Of a DNA stretch of 49,084 bases, positions 1 to 7,940 are shown one piece after another. Below the pieces are notes generated by a model. The model saw nothing but the letters and a program-made list of their open reading frames with translations. It was not told the DNA's origin and did not search any database. The first letter of the stretch is position 1, and every line of letters starts with the position of its first letter. The DNA comes from a virus: UHGV virus genome UHGV-1369968. One strand, given 5' to 3'. The translations under genes and the position numbers were made by a program.

Positions 1-30
1 CTTTTTTTGTTGTTTCTTTAATGCTCATAA

Positions 31-567
31 CTAAATCCTCATTGGCATAACAATAACTTTGGCAGTCTCGCCAGTGGGTGCACTGATGTTTGCGACGGCG
101 GCGTTGATGTTGCCGCTCAGCTCAAAGCGCACGCTTTCATATTTCGGGTTAAACAGCTTCGCCAGCTTCTCAACATCTGCCAGATATTTGGCATTAAAGC
201 CAATCTGTTCTGCTGGCGCAGTCTGCTTCGGGATGACGCGATCAATATCAGGGAACTTGCCATCAACCTCAGAGCAAATACCTGCGCCAACCAGCACATC
301 AAAATTGTTATGATAAGTGACAATCTTTGCCCTGGTATCAATCACTGCATAAGAGTAATTTTTTGTCGGCGACTTGCTTACCGATACGATGACGTTACTT
401 TTTATTTTGTTTTCGTGCTTACTGGCAATTATGGCGCGATGACCGTCAGTAGCGGCAACGCGACCATCAGGCATAAAGCAAATGCCATTCAGGTAGTAAC
501 GCACATCCTGTTTGGCCTGAAATATCAAAGCACCTTCAAGAAGCAACTTGCTGACTTTTAATTTCAT
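31..567 (-). CDS. DnaN-like sliding-clamp fragment (beta-clamp domains II-III only)
   Basis: Aligns to the E. coli DnaN C-terminal half: 'QDVRYYLNGI..ATDGHR' matches the 'QDVRYYLNGMLF..ATDGHRL' block, and the C-terminal 'KVIVMPMRI' matches the DnaN 'YVVMPMRL' end. The start is moved to M15 (ATG 567), which has a GGTGAAGGTG RBS and overlaps the upstream stop as ATGA. The protein is about 178 aa versus 366 aa for DnaN. Confidence 0.6.
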   Translation of the reverse strand: MKLKVSKLLLEGALIFQAKQDVRYYLNGICFMPDGRVAATDGHRAIIASKHENKIKSNVIVSVSKSPTKNYSYAVIDTRAKIVTYHNNFDVLVGAGICSEVDGKFPDIDRVIPKQTAPAEQIGFNAKYLADVEKLAKLFNPKYESVRFELSGNINAAVANISAPTGETAKVIVMPMRI

Positions 568-740
568 TTCTTCACCTTCACCATGTGTTGTTTTGCAATC
601 TTCAGGCATTCATCGAAAATCTTGCCTTTCTTTTCACTCTGGTTGCGCCTGTAGTGGGTAATTGCGGCCTCTATGGCCGCGTTGTCGATACCTGGCAGTT
701 TTTCGCGCAGGTTTTTCTCTATGAATTGTTCGGGGTTCAT
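564..740 (-). CDS. hypothetical protein (58 aa)
   Basis: Start at M10 with a GGAGAG RBS. The start overlaps the upstream stop as TAATG, and the stop overlaps the DnaN-like start as ATGA, indicating translational coupling. Confidence 0.4.
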   Translation of the reverse strand: MNPEQFIEKNLREKLPGIDNAAIEAAITHYRRNQSEKKGKIFDECLKIAKQHMVKVKK

Positions 741-934
741 TACCAACTCTCCACCACGTTTGCGCATTCATCATAAAATAAGAAATGCCTTGTTTTTTCT
801 TCGTAACGCTTCATTTCAAATGCGATTATGTCCTCCTGATAGTGAATTTTCTCAACCTGGCGAGCTACGCCGTCTCGCATTAGGATGTGATCGCCTTCTT
901 TTATGTTTTTTGCAGCAGTGCCAATTGTAATCAT
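740..934 (-). CDS. hypothetical protein (64 aa)
   Basis: ATG at 934 overlaps the ParB-like stop as TGATG. It lies in the same coupled minus-strand operon. Confidence 0.4.
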   Translation of the reverse strand: MITIGTAAKNIKEGDHILMRDGVARQVEKIHYQEDIIAFEMKRYEEKTRHFLFYDECANVVESW

Positions 935-1749
935 CAAAGCTTCTCCAGAATCGCCAGCACTTCATTCAACTCCGCAGAAGGAAGGCGCAAAAATTCTTCT
1001 GTTTCTTGTGCGACATGACCCTCAGCGACAACCATATGATCTGCTTCTTTCAGCAACTGAATGAGGCGGTCAATAGGCTTAACTTTTTTGGCCTTGAGCG
1101 TTTTCGCCGTCACCTTGTCTTTACCCTGTGCCTTCGCTTCCTCAACGGCAGCATCAATAACGTTAACGGCATCATCGCCATGCTCGCGCGCCACTGCAAC
1201 GGCGTTGGCATAGCTTATTTGCCCTGCATTGATGCGCTGCTTGATGGCATCAGGCACGTCACCAAGTGACAGGTGCATCTGCACATCAGAAACCGAGCGA
1301 CCGACCTTCTTGGCGATTTCTTCATTCGTCCATCCGAACCCTTTCAGGCGCACATAAGCCTTTGCACGCTCAAGCGGGTCGAGTTGCTTACCCTGACTGG
1401 ATGACACCATGAAGGCGATTTTATCCGCTTCATCGCCGGTGAAGTCTTTGCACTCAATGCGCGCAATTGGTACGCCGCGCTCAATGGCACGCAATGCGCC
1501 AAGGTAACGATGCTGGCCGTCAAGAATCTTGATGCGCTTTCCGTCAGCATCAGGAATAACAGTTAACGCCGGGATTGGCTGGCCTGATTCCCAGCACTGC
1601 GCGAAGTATTCAACGTGCTGCTCATCGGCTTCACGGATGTTATACCCCGGCTCAAGATAAAGCTGGTCGACAGGGACCTGATAACCTTTGTTGACCACGA
1701 TTCCGCCGCGAGTTTCTTTGTCTGAGTAAATTTTTCCGAGAGATGTCAT
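934..1749 (-). CDS. ParB-like nuclease-domain protein (ParB/Srx N-terminal 'DGQHR' motif plus HTH region)
   Basis: The 'KILDGQHRYLGAL' block is the ParB N-terminal domain signature, and the downstream 'WTNEEIAKKVGRSVSDV' segment is HTH-like. Start placed at M13 (ATG 1749), which has a GAGGAAAAG RBS. Confidence 0.7.
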   Translation of the reverse strand: MTSLGKIYSDKETRGGIVVNKGYQVPVDQLYLEPGYNIREADEQHVEYFAQCWESGQPIPALTVIPDADGKRIKILDGQHRYLGALRAIERGVPIARIECKDFTGDEADKIAFMVSSSQGKQLDPLERAKAYVRLKGFGWTNEEIAKKVGRSVSDVQMHLSLGDVPDAIKQRINAGQISYANAVAVAREHGDDAVNVIDAAVEEAKAQGKDKVTAKTLKAKKVKPIDRLIQLLKEADHMVVAEGHVAQETEEFLRLPSAELNEVLAILEKL

Positions 1750-1756
1750 CTTTTCC

Positions 1757-1873
1757 TCACTTTGATAAACAGATTGCGCTGGCAATGGAGAATCCGATAA
1801 CGATTAACGCCAGCTTGATTTTGAACTTACCCCACGCCTTCAGGTCTTCTTTGCGGATTTCGTGGCGGATCAT
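1757..1873 (-). CDS. small hydrophobic peptide (38 aa)
   Basis: Not in the ORF track because it is under 60 aa. The ATG overlaps the upstream stop as ATGA, its own stop is followed by the ParB RBS, and it has one predicted TM ('LALIVIGFSIASAI'). Confidence 0.3.
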   Translation of the reverse strand: MIRHEIRKEDLKAWGKFKIKLALIVIGFSIASAICLSK

Positions 1874-2208
1874 TGTGCTTCTCCGAGTGCTTTGGAGATG
1901 GCGGCACGCGCTTTGTTATATGAGCACATGCATGTAAAACCATTATGGCCGCATGACTTATTACCACCTGTTTGCTCAGCCATTAATAATTGAAGTGCTT
2001 CCAGCAATTCCGGTGCGGCGGCAATGAGTTGCGCATTTGCTATTGCCACCGGACCGCGATGCTCATCATTATCAAACCAACTTATTGATGAGCAAACATT
2101 CCCAACAGTTCCGCGTACCGCGTTAATGTCATAAAAATAACCGTTATCTTCTACTTTCCACGGCCCCGGCGTACCTTTGAACTCATTCATCTTCATCACC
2201 TCTAACAT
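1870..2208 (-). CDS. hypothetical protein, paralog A of the 'KGTPGPW...AAAPELL' family
   Basis: Strong GAGGTG RBS. The shared motifs 'FKGTPGPW', 'AAAPELLEAL' and 'AISKALG' match ORF 20018..20380, and the 5' leaders are near-identical ('catcttcatcacctc'). Confidence 0.55.
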   Translation of the reverse strand: MLEVMKMNEFKGTPGPWKVEDNGYFYDINAVRGTVGNVCSSISWFDNDEHRGPVAIANAQLIAAAPELLEALQLLMAEQTGGNKSCGHNGFTCMCSYNKARAAISKALGEAQ

Positions 2209-2420
2209 TTATTGTTGTTTCTACGTCATCACTATAGCCACACCCTCAATCTACGTCAACACTTTATGATAAAATTAAACCAACAACACTCACCCCGCGC
2301 TGTTCCGTCCTGAAAAACGTAAGGCGGCGAAATTGGATATAGCAATCGGCGTTATCGTCATAGCGTTTTCGCTGGTTCAGGTGTACAGATGCTGGAAGTT
2401 CATCATTCGGAGAATAATTA

Positions 2421-2708
2421 ATGAGAGACGCGCTTCAGCACGCCGCAAACCAGATAATTAGTGGCACTGTCGGCCAGGTAATCGACAAAGCCGGTTATAC
2501 ATCCATCGGCACGGGTCTTGGCCTGAAGGTGGCAGAGCAGACGCCGGTCGCACAATCATACATTGCCTCAATGATCCCCCATTCGATTACCGAGTGGGCA
2601 GCGGTAGCCTCTATACTTGGCGCGTTGTCACTGGTGGCAAAAAACCTTTTTGAGATGTGGTGGAAGATTCGGGAGAGCAAAAAGAATGGCAGCACCGACA
2701 GCAAGTGA
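2421..2708 (+). CDS. hypothetical protein with a hydrophobic segment
   Basis: First gene after a divergent promoter region. One probable TM ('AAVASILGALSLVAKNLF'). Confidence 0.4.
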   Translation: MRDALQHAANQIISGTVGQVIDKAGYTSIGTGLGLKVAEQTPVAQSYIASMIPHSITEWAAVASILGALSLVAKNLFEMWWKIRESKKNGSTDSK

Positions 2709-3078
2709 ACTCGTCGCCGCCATGGCGTCAAGAGGCGTAACTATCACCACGGCAGACGCAACGGGAATCCTGTGTCTGGTAGAGAGCATCACAGAGTGTC
2801 TTGAGCTTAATTACCCTGAAGATACATGCAGGCAGGATGCAATTCTGCTATGGGCATCTATCCTGATCGCCTCAAATACAGCTGGGAGATACATCACCAG
2901 CCACCGGGCGCCATCTGGTGCATCGCAGTCATTTGGCTATGGCAGCAAGCCGTGGATGGCCCTTTACAATCAGATGAAACTACTCGATACGGCAGACTGC
3001 ACAGGCGACCTTGTGGAAGAGCCTGATGGGGCAGCAAAGCCGTGGTTTCGGGTTGTCACCGGGAGTAAGTGCAGATGA
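2686..3078 (+). CDS. hypothetical protein, possibly a head-tail adaptor
   Basis: Internal ATG at 2686 ('MAAPTASELV') overlapping the upstream stop. Assigned by its position ahead of the head-closure and tail genes, with no motif support. Confidence 0.35.
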   Translation: MAAPTASELVAAMASRGVTITTADATGILCLVESITECLELNYPEDTCRQDAILLWASILIASNTAGRYITSHRAPSGASQSFGYGSKPWMALYNQMKLLDTADCTGDLVEEPDGAAKPWFRVVTGSKCR

Positions 3079-3196
3079 AAAGGTCAACATTAACTGTAAA
3101 TATCGCAATCCGTAAATGGTGCATGCCGCTGCTGGTTATTCTGGTATTGCTGCGCCTTCCTGTTCCGCGCTGGATTTATACTCTTGAGGCCGCGCC

Positions 3197-3541
3197 ATGT
3201 CAGCAATAGCGAGATGGAGCTATACGCAGCCATGCACAATCTGGCGGCTTACTGGCAAGGATAAGTATGGCAAACCAACATTTGCCGCTCCAGAGTCCAT
3301 CATGTGTGATTATGGCTTCGATAAGAATCTGACCACTGGCACGGCAGGCAATGAGATTGCACAGAAAAACACATTCTGGACGGAATACCAGAATGCGTCT
3401 GTTGGCGACTTCATCATGCTTGGCACCATTACCAGTGCTGACCCTCTGGCCGCTGGAGCTGACCAGATTAGAAACGTCGTGAATTACGGCAATACGCTGG
3501 ACCGCAACGACCTGCCTGATTTTGCGCTGGTAACGGGGTAA
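3197..3541 (+). CDS. putative head-closure / head-tail joining protein
   Basis: About 114 aa, and its position and size are typical of HK97 gp9 / SPP1 gp16-like head-closure proteins. Weak assignment. Confidence 0.4.
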   Translation: MSAIARWSYTQPCTIWRLTGKDKYGKPTFAAPESIMCDYGFDKNLTTGTAGNEIAQKNTFWTEYQNASVGDFIMLGTITSADPLAAGADQIRNVVNYGNTLDRNDLPDFALVTG

Positions 3542-3544
3542 TGT

Positions 3545-4012
3545 ATGGCTGCCAAAATGCGAGGTATCCAGCAGGCGATTAAGCGCACTCAGCAGATAGT
3601 CGGCGAGATTACTGGCGAGAAGGCTGTGCGGGCTATAAAGAGCGCCAACTTTATTATCCGCACTGAGGCGGCCAGCATGACGCCTGTTGATACATCCAAC
3701 CTCATAAACAGTCAATATGACACTGTTGAGGTGAATGGAACCCGTATAACCGGGAAGATAGGGTATACAGCAAAATACGCCCTGTACGTGCACAATGCGC
3801 CAGGTACGCTAAAGGGACAGCCTCGCGCCCACTTTGGCAAGACAAGTAACCGCTCTGAATTCGGGCCGCAGCAGGTCAGGGAGTTTGGTGGAGGTTCGTT
3901 ACAGGGAAACTATTGGGACCCTAGCGGCGAGCCTAAATTCCTTCTCAAGGCTGGCGAAAACACACGCGAGCTTGTCGATCAGGTAATTAAAAAAGAGATG
4001 ACGCTAAAATGA
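3545..4012 (+). CDS. putative tail component (HK97 gp10-like)
   Basis: 155 aa following the head-closure gene, followed by an overlapping start (ATGA). Order is consistent with HK97 gp10/gp11 modules. Confidence 0.45.
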   Translation: MAAKMRGIQQAIKRTQQIVGEITGEKAVRAIKSANFIIRTEAASMTPVDTSNLINSQYDTVEVNGTRITGKIGYTAKYALYVHNAPGTLKGQPRAHFGKTSNRSEFGPQQVREFGGGSLQGNYWDPSGEPKFLLKAGENTRELVDQVIKKEMTLK

Positions 4013-4392
4013 GAGATATGCTTGAGCTTGTTGACCAGTACCTTAGCGATGCCGGTCTTTATGATGGGTGGACTTCTCAGCTTGAGTTCTGGAATGATAC
4101 CGAAGTTGGCACAGACCGGTTTATGGTGCTGCAATCCAATGGCGGTACGAGCGTAAGCAAAGGACTAGGCGGAGATTACTATTTTTCGCTCTATGTTGTC
4201 GGCCAGCATGGTCAGTACAACATCGAAGAGACAAAGGCAAAAGCGCTTGATGTCATCACATACATCAAGGACCATCCAGTTGATAGTTGTATTGGCATGA
4301 TTCAGTTGCAGGCGCCGCTTGGTCGCCCTACGCTTACGACAGAGAAAAGGCCGGTTTATGAATTGTTGCTGAGGGTTGTTTTTGGTGAATAA
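4009..4392 (+). CDS. putative tail terminator / tail completion protein
   Basis: Translationally coupled with the upstream gene and followed by the terminator at 4397-4422. Assigned by position and size. Confidence 0.4.
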   Translation: MRDMLELVDQYLSDAGLYDGWTSQLEFWNDTEVGTDRFMVLQSNGGTSVSKGLGGDYYFSLYVVGQHGQYNIEETKAKALDVITYIKDHPVDSCIGMIQLQAPLGRPTLTTEKRPVYELLLRVVFGE

Positions 4393-4396
4393 AAAA

Positions 4397-4422
4397 GGCC
4401 GCTGATGCGCGGCTTTTAATAG
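4397..4422 (+). terminator. rho-independent terminator
   Basis: GGCCGC-tgat-GCGCGGC hairpin followed by a TTTT run. Confidence 0.6.
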
Positions 4423-4617
4423 TCATTACTACATAATAAATAATCAATGGCATCGCCAAGAGATTCGAATCTGGCATCATATCTCCCGGCAGAATTTGCA
4501 ACAATATACCACTTCCCGACCTTTGATATACCAGCAACCCTGCTGTTATTTTGGTCAGCTATGCGCCAGTAATCATCGTGGATTTTTTTGGATTTGTATC
4601 ATTGCGCTCACCGAAGA

Positions 4618-4694
4618 TGGTTCCCGCGACAGGATTCGAACCTGTAATCATCAGATTATGAGTCGGGTGCTTTAACCAGTTAAGCTAAACGGGA
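4618..4694 (-). tRNA. tRNA with CAT anticodon (Met or Ile2), non-canonical stems
   Basis: Minus-strand read TTCCCGTTTAGCTTAACTGGTTAAAGCACCCGACTCATAATCTGATGATTACAGGTTCGAATCCTGTCGCGGGAACCA. It has a canonical T-arm (ACAGG TTCGAAT CCTGT), a GCTT/AAGC D-stem and a CUCAUAA anticodon loop. The anticodon and acceptor stems carry mismatches, so it may be degenerate. Confidence 0.55.
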
Positions 4695-4697
4695 ATT

Positions 4698-4774
4698 TGG
4701 TGCACCATACTGGATTCGAACCAGTTACCGATTGCTTAGAAGGCAATTGCTCTATCCTGATGAGCTAATGGTGC
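4698..4774 (-). tRNA. tRNA-Arg (anticodon TCT)
   Basis: Minus-strand read GCACCATTAGCTCATCAGGATAGAGCAATTGCCTTCTAAGCAATCGGTAACTGGTTCGAATCCAGTATGGTGCACCA. All four stems are perfect, the anticodon loop is CUUCUAA, and CCA is encoded. Confidence 0.85.
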
Positions 4775-4780
4775 TGAATG

Positions 4781-4868
4781 TGGCGGATAGTACAGGATTC
4801 GAACCTGTGAACCGTTTCCGGTTTATCGGTTAGCAACCGACTGCTTTCGGCCTCTCAGCCAACTATCC
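4781..4868 (-). tRNA. tRNA-Ser (anticodon GCT), type II with long variable arm
   Basis: Acceptor GGATAGT/ACTATCC, anticodon stem GTCGG/CCGAT with loop UUGCUAA, variable arm ACCG-GAAA-CGGT, T-arm ACAGG TTCGAAT CCTGT, and CCA encoded. Confidence 0.8.
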
Positions 4869-5376
4869 GTATGTGCGCCGCTTCAATCGTGAAGCTGGTG
4901 CCAGAATAACATATCCAAGATAGGTTACTTAGCATTGCAGTTCAGAGGATATCAGTTCGACGACTTTAGGGTGATCAGCCCATTTCCTTTTTTGTGTTGT
5001 GGTGGCCGGTGCTGATCTCCGGCTTTCTCTGGCATTACACGTACCCAAGACTATTCTCCAGAGATAGCGCTGTCCTCATCAAGGGGTGCCGTCTCTAACG
5101 TATCAGCCTACGCATTCACCACAACGGAAAGAGCACTGCACTTTGCTTCGTACTCCGTGGCAATCAAGTCCACCATGTAAACCTGCAATGCTCTTACCTG
5201 TTGTGTGCCCATTATTAATCACACCGGGCCAGTGCGCCGAATTCATTGACAAGGAGTCGGAAGACCTTGCTGGTGTTTAGCCGTTAGGCTACTGCCAGAT
5301 ACATTTCTTCGTTTGCATTTATCTTTGTGGTCAGTTTCTAAAAACCCGCAAAGTCGCACCGAAAATTATCTGCCAT

Positions 5377-5420
5377 TTAATCTACACCACCAATCAAAAC
5401 CTGTCAACATGATATAATGC
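5377..5420 (+). promoter_or_regulatory. promoter for the major tail gene: motif copy TTAATCTACACCA plus extended -10 TGaTATAAT
   Basis: TGATATAAT at 5409-5417, about 35 nt upstream of an AGAGGA RBS and the ATG at 5453. A motif-like copy lies at 5377-5389. Confidence 0.5.
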
Positions 5421-5452
5421 GATTGTTTAGCTAAACACAGAGGATTCTAAAC

Positions 5453-6208
5453 ATGGCTATTTGTGCAAATGATAACGGCATCATCACAGGTCGCCAGTCG
5501 CTCATCGAGCTGGCTGATGGCTGCTGGGATGCTGTGCCAGCAGAGGAAGATTGGAAGTTTTTTGCTCCCATGACCTCAAAAGGCGTCGACTTCAGCCCAA
5601 GCACCACTACCTCAGAGGCTGATGATGGCGATGGTTTTGTCGCAACGCTGGTCACTACCGCAGACCTCACCATTTCCGGTGATTTTGAAGTTCGCAAGGC
5701 CGACAAGGCTGATGAGTATGGCGTGCATAACCTCATCAAATACTTTGTCACAGAAGTTAAAGCGCGTCGCCAGCCGTCGCTGTGGGTTCGTCAAACGACT
5801 GGTAACACCGTCGTGGTAGCTTACTGCAACATCACCGCGCTGAGCTACGATGGCGGCACCAACGACATCATTACCGGCTCAGTTGAATTCAAGCCTTATG
5901 ATGGCTCTACCGTTGACGTGTCGAGCATCGAAGATTTGACGCTGACCACTGATATCAGTGCAACCAAAAGCGTTGCTACTGGCGCCACTCTGACGCTCGG
6001 CCCGGTAGTTGCAGCTGGCGGTGTCGAGCCTTATACCTATCAATGGTATAAAGGCACCACGCCGATCAGCGGTGCTACTACCGACACGTTCACCAAGGCC
6101 ACTGCTGCCGCTGGTGATTCCGGTACGTACTTCTGCCGCGTGATGGACTCGGCAACCAGTCCTGATTACGTTGACTCCACCAAGTGTGTTGTTACCGTTA
6201 CGGCATAA
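5453..6208 (+). CDS. major tail protein with C-terminal Ig-like (I-set/Big_2-like) domain
   Basis: Position before the chaperone and tape-measure genes. The C-terminal 'YTYQWYKG...GDSGTYFCRV' is a classic Ig-fold signature, as in lambda gpV C-terminal Ig domains. Own promoter and terminator. Confidence 0.75.
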   Translation: MAICANDNGIITGRQSLIELADGCWDAVPAEEDWKFFAPMTSKGVDFSPSTTTSEADDGDGFVATLVTTADLTISGDFEVRKADKADEYGVHNLIKYFVTEVKARRQPSLWVRQTTGNTVVVAYCNITALSYDGGTNDIITGSVEFKPYDGSTVDVSSIEDLTLTTDISATKSVATGATLTLGPVVAAGGVEPYTYQWYKGTTPISGATTDTFTKATAAAGDSGTYFCRVMDSATSPDYVDSTKCVVTVTA

Positions 6209-6236
6209 AGAAAACCCCCGAAAGGGGGTTTATAAT
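6209..6236. terminator. bidirectional rho-independent terminator
   Basis: AAAACCCCCGAAAGGGGGTTTATAATTTT. Confidence 0.75.
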
Positions 6237-6517
6237 TTTGGCAGCTCAGGAAATGGCATCCAGTGAGTTATTCCTTGTGATAGATACCATTTTGTGTAAA
6301 GCTGATTCCCATCCTTATCAAGGCCACATGTAATATCATCAAAGTAATCCTGAATATGCACAGCATCGTAACCACCAATGGGGAATCCATTTGGCTTTAT
6401 TTGACCTCCAGTTGCAGAATAAACTAGCACCAAATCATCTTTTGATTCTGGCAGCCGCTCACTACACTTAATCCACTCACTCATCACGCCTTCCTCGTCT
6501 TGTTCTTGATGCCCCAC
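6230..6517 (-). CDS. DUF551-family protein
   Basis: 'WIKCSERLPE' and 'THWMPFPELP' form the DUF551 signature. The same C-terminal motif occurs in ORF 28116..28997. Confidence 0.55.
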   Translation of the reverse strand: MGHQEQDEEGVMSEWIKCSERLPESKDDLVLVYSATGGQIKPNGFPIGGYDAVHIQDYFDDITCGLDKDGNQLYTKWYLSQGITHWMPFPELPKL

Positions 6518-6605
6518 AAAATCAGATTAGCAATAAACTTAGATCGTCTCAGGTGAATTGCTATCGCATAGTTTATGTCGATGCGCTGACCTGCATATGC
6601 AGATA

Positions 6606-7004
6606 TCACATCTTCGTCGTCTTTGTTAACTGGCATTTTTTTGACTCCTGCATCATAAGGAAGGCAATCATGGCGGCGCGGAGTGGATTTATATCAAAGA
6701 CGGCATCAGAGCTTGCATAAAAACAAACTTCAGAATCTCCGGTGATGCCATCAATTACTGTATCAACCGGTGCAGCAATCCATTTGTTATCGAGTGATAT
6801 AATGCTTATCTTGTTATCATCAATAATCGGCCATGCATCTGCTGGGTTATTGCATGGGTTAAAAACATGCCAATTTGCACCATCTCCCCAATATACCTCC
6901 ATGTCAGTATACGGGAGTCTTGATATGCATTCATAGTCGACCACAATCTCTGCAACACGTAAATTAATCTCAAAATCACTCATCTTGCTGTAATCAGTGC
7001 TCAT
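6606..7004 (-). CDS. hypothetical protein
   Basis: 132-aa ORF, translationally coupled to the upstream small ORF (ATGA overlap at 7001-7004). Confidence 0.45.
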   Translation of the reverse strand: MSTDYSKMSDFEINLRVAEIVVDYECISRLPYTDMEVYWGDGANWHVFNPCNNPADAWPIIDDNKISIISLDNKWIAAPVDTVIDGITGDSEVCFYASSDAVFDINPLRAAMIAFLMMQESKKCQLTKTTKM

Positions 7005-7135
7005 CTCTTATCCTCCATCACTACGCCAATCTTAGCCAGCAACAAAATCGCCTTTACGCGAGCCTCTTCATAGGTGTAACCCTGATCGATGTAAAGGTCG
7101 ATGTAAAATCTCAAATCAGCATCAGTCTCATTCAT
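7001..7135 (-). CDS. small hypothetical protein (44 aa, MNETDADLRFYIDLYIDQGYTYEEARVKAILLLAKIGVVMEDKR)
   Basis: Under 60 aa so absent from the track. Its stop overlaps the next gene start as ATGA, and it is the first gene downstream of the 7140-7230 promoter region on the minus strand. Confidence 0.3.
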   Translation of the reverse strand: MNETDADLRFYIDLYIDQGYTYEEARVKAILLLAKIGVVMEDKR

Positions 7136-7232
7136 ATGTCAAACCCTCAATCACCTTATGCTTTCAATCTACGTCAGTCTTGCGCCCCCTGTCAATGGTA
7201 TAATTACGTCATTATGAAAACAGGATTTAGAC

Positions 7233-7940
7233 ATGAGACAACGCACACCGCTAACAGAAATCGGAGAGATGCGCATCTCCCTGGCTGATAAGTCTTTTTT
7301 CTTCAAACCATCATTTGCGGCGATGAATGAGCTTGGCTCGCCGAAAGAGATTGTCGAGCTGTATGCTACGCTTAATGGCTATGAATACGCGGCTATACTT
7401 GGCGCTATTCAGTCAATGCCATATGGCGCGCAGATTCAGGTAGCAAAAATCCTGTCACGCCCTGCCTATGGTAAGAAAGTGCTTAGCGCCGCCTGTCTCA
7501 TCATGCAGTCCTGTTGCGATGATGATATTTCTGTGCTCATTGGGTCATGGAAGCCAACTCCGCGCGGTGTGAAATACGTTACCGGAAGAATGCCAGTAAA
7601 TGACATTATTATTATTGCTCGAAACCTGATGGAGCACGGTATCATTGGCAAGTCTCCGCTCAAGGTTCCTCAACGCTCGGAAAATCAAAAGCGCACAACC
7701 AGTGAGTTGAGAATGTCGGATTACATCATCTCAGCCCGCACTCATTTCGGAATTACCCGCGAGGAAGCTGAAGACCTGACCATGACCGAGTATCAGCAGA
7801 TGATAAAATCAAAATACCCGGAACCGGAAGGCATGACGCGCGAGCAGTATGATGCGTCCTATGAGCGGGCCAAGCTGAATAAACAGAAACTGAAAGAGAA
7901 AGCCGCCAGAAAGGCCGCTAAAAGCAAAGGAGAAAAATAA
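7233..7940 (+). CDS. hypothetical protein, possible tail assembly chaperone
   Basis: Sits immediately upstream of, and coupled to, the tape measure gene (ATAATG overlap at 7937-7942). Assignment by position only. Confidence 0.35.
   Translation: MRQRTPLTEIGEMRISLADKSFFFKPSFAAMNELGSPKEIVELYATLNGYEYAAILGAIQSMPYGAQIQVAKILSRPAYGKKVLSAACLIMQSCCDDDISVLIGSWKPTPRGVKYVTGRMPVNDIIIIARNLMEHGIIGKSPLKVPQRSENQKRTTSELRMSDYIISARTHFGITREEAEDLTMTEYQQMIKSKYPEPEGMTREQYDASYERAKLNKQKLKEKAARKAAKSKGEK

Noticed and set aside
937-937. ORF-track start codons that are TTG or GTG (for example 937, 33412, 48070), and long 5' extensions (1785, 42032, 42552, 48057)
   Set aside because: The ORF track reports non-ATG starts translated as M. 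Starts were re-placed at the ATG with a Shine-Dalgarno sequence and/or stop-start overlap, at 934, 33415, 48082, 1749, 42119, 42633 and 47754.
3200-3793. 197-aa minus-strand ORF inside the head-tail connector genes
   Set aside because: Antisense to coupled + strand genes and lacks an RBS.
5086-5280. 64-aa + strand ORF in the 570-bp leader between the tRNAs and the major tail gene
   Set aside because: It has no RBS, a Pro/Ser/Cys-rich low-complexity product, and sits upstream of the actual promoter. It is treated as non-coding.
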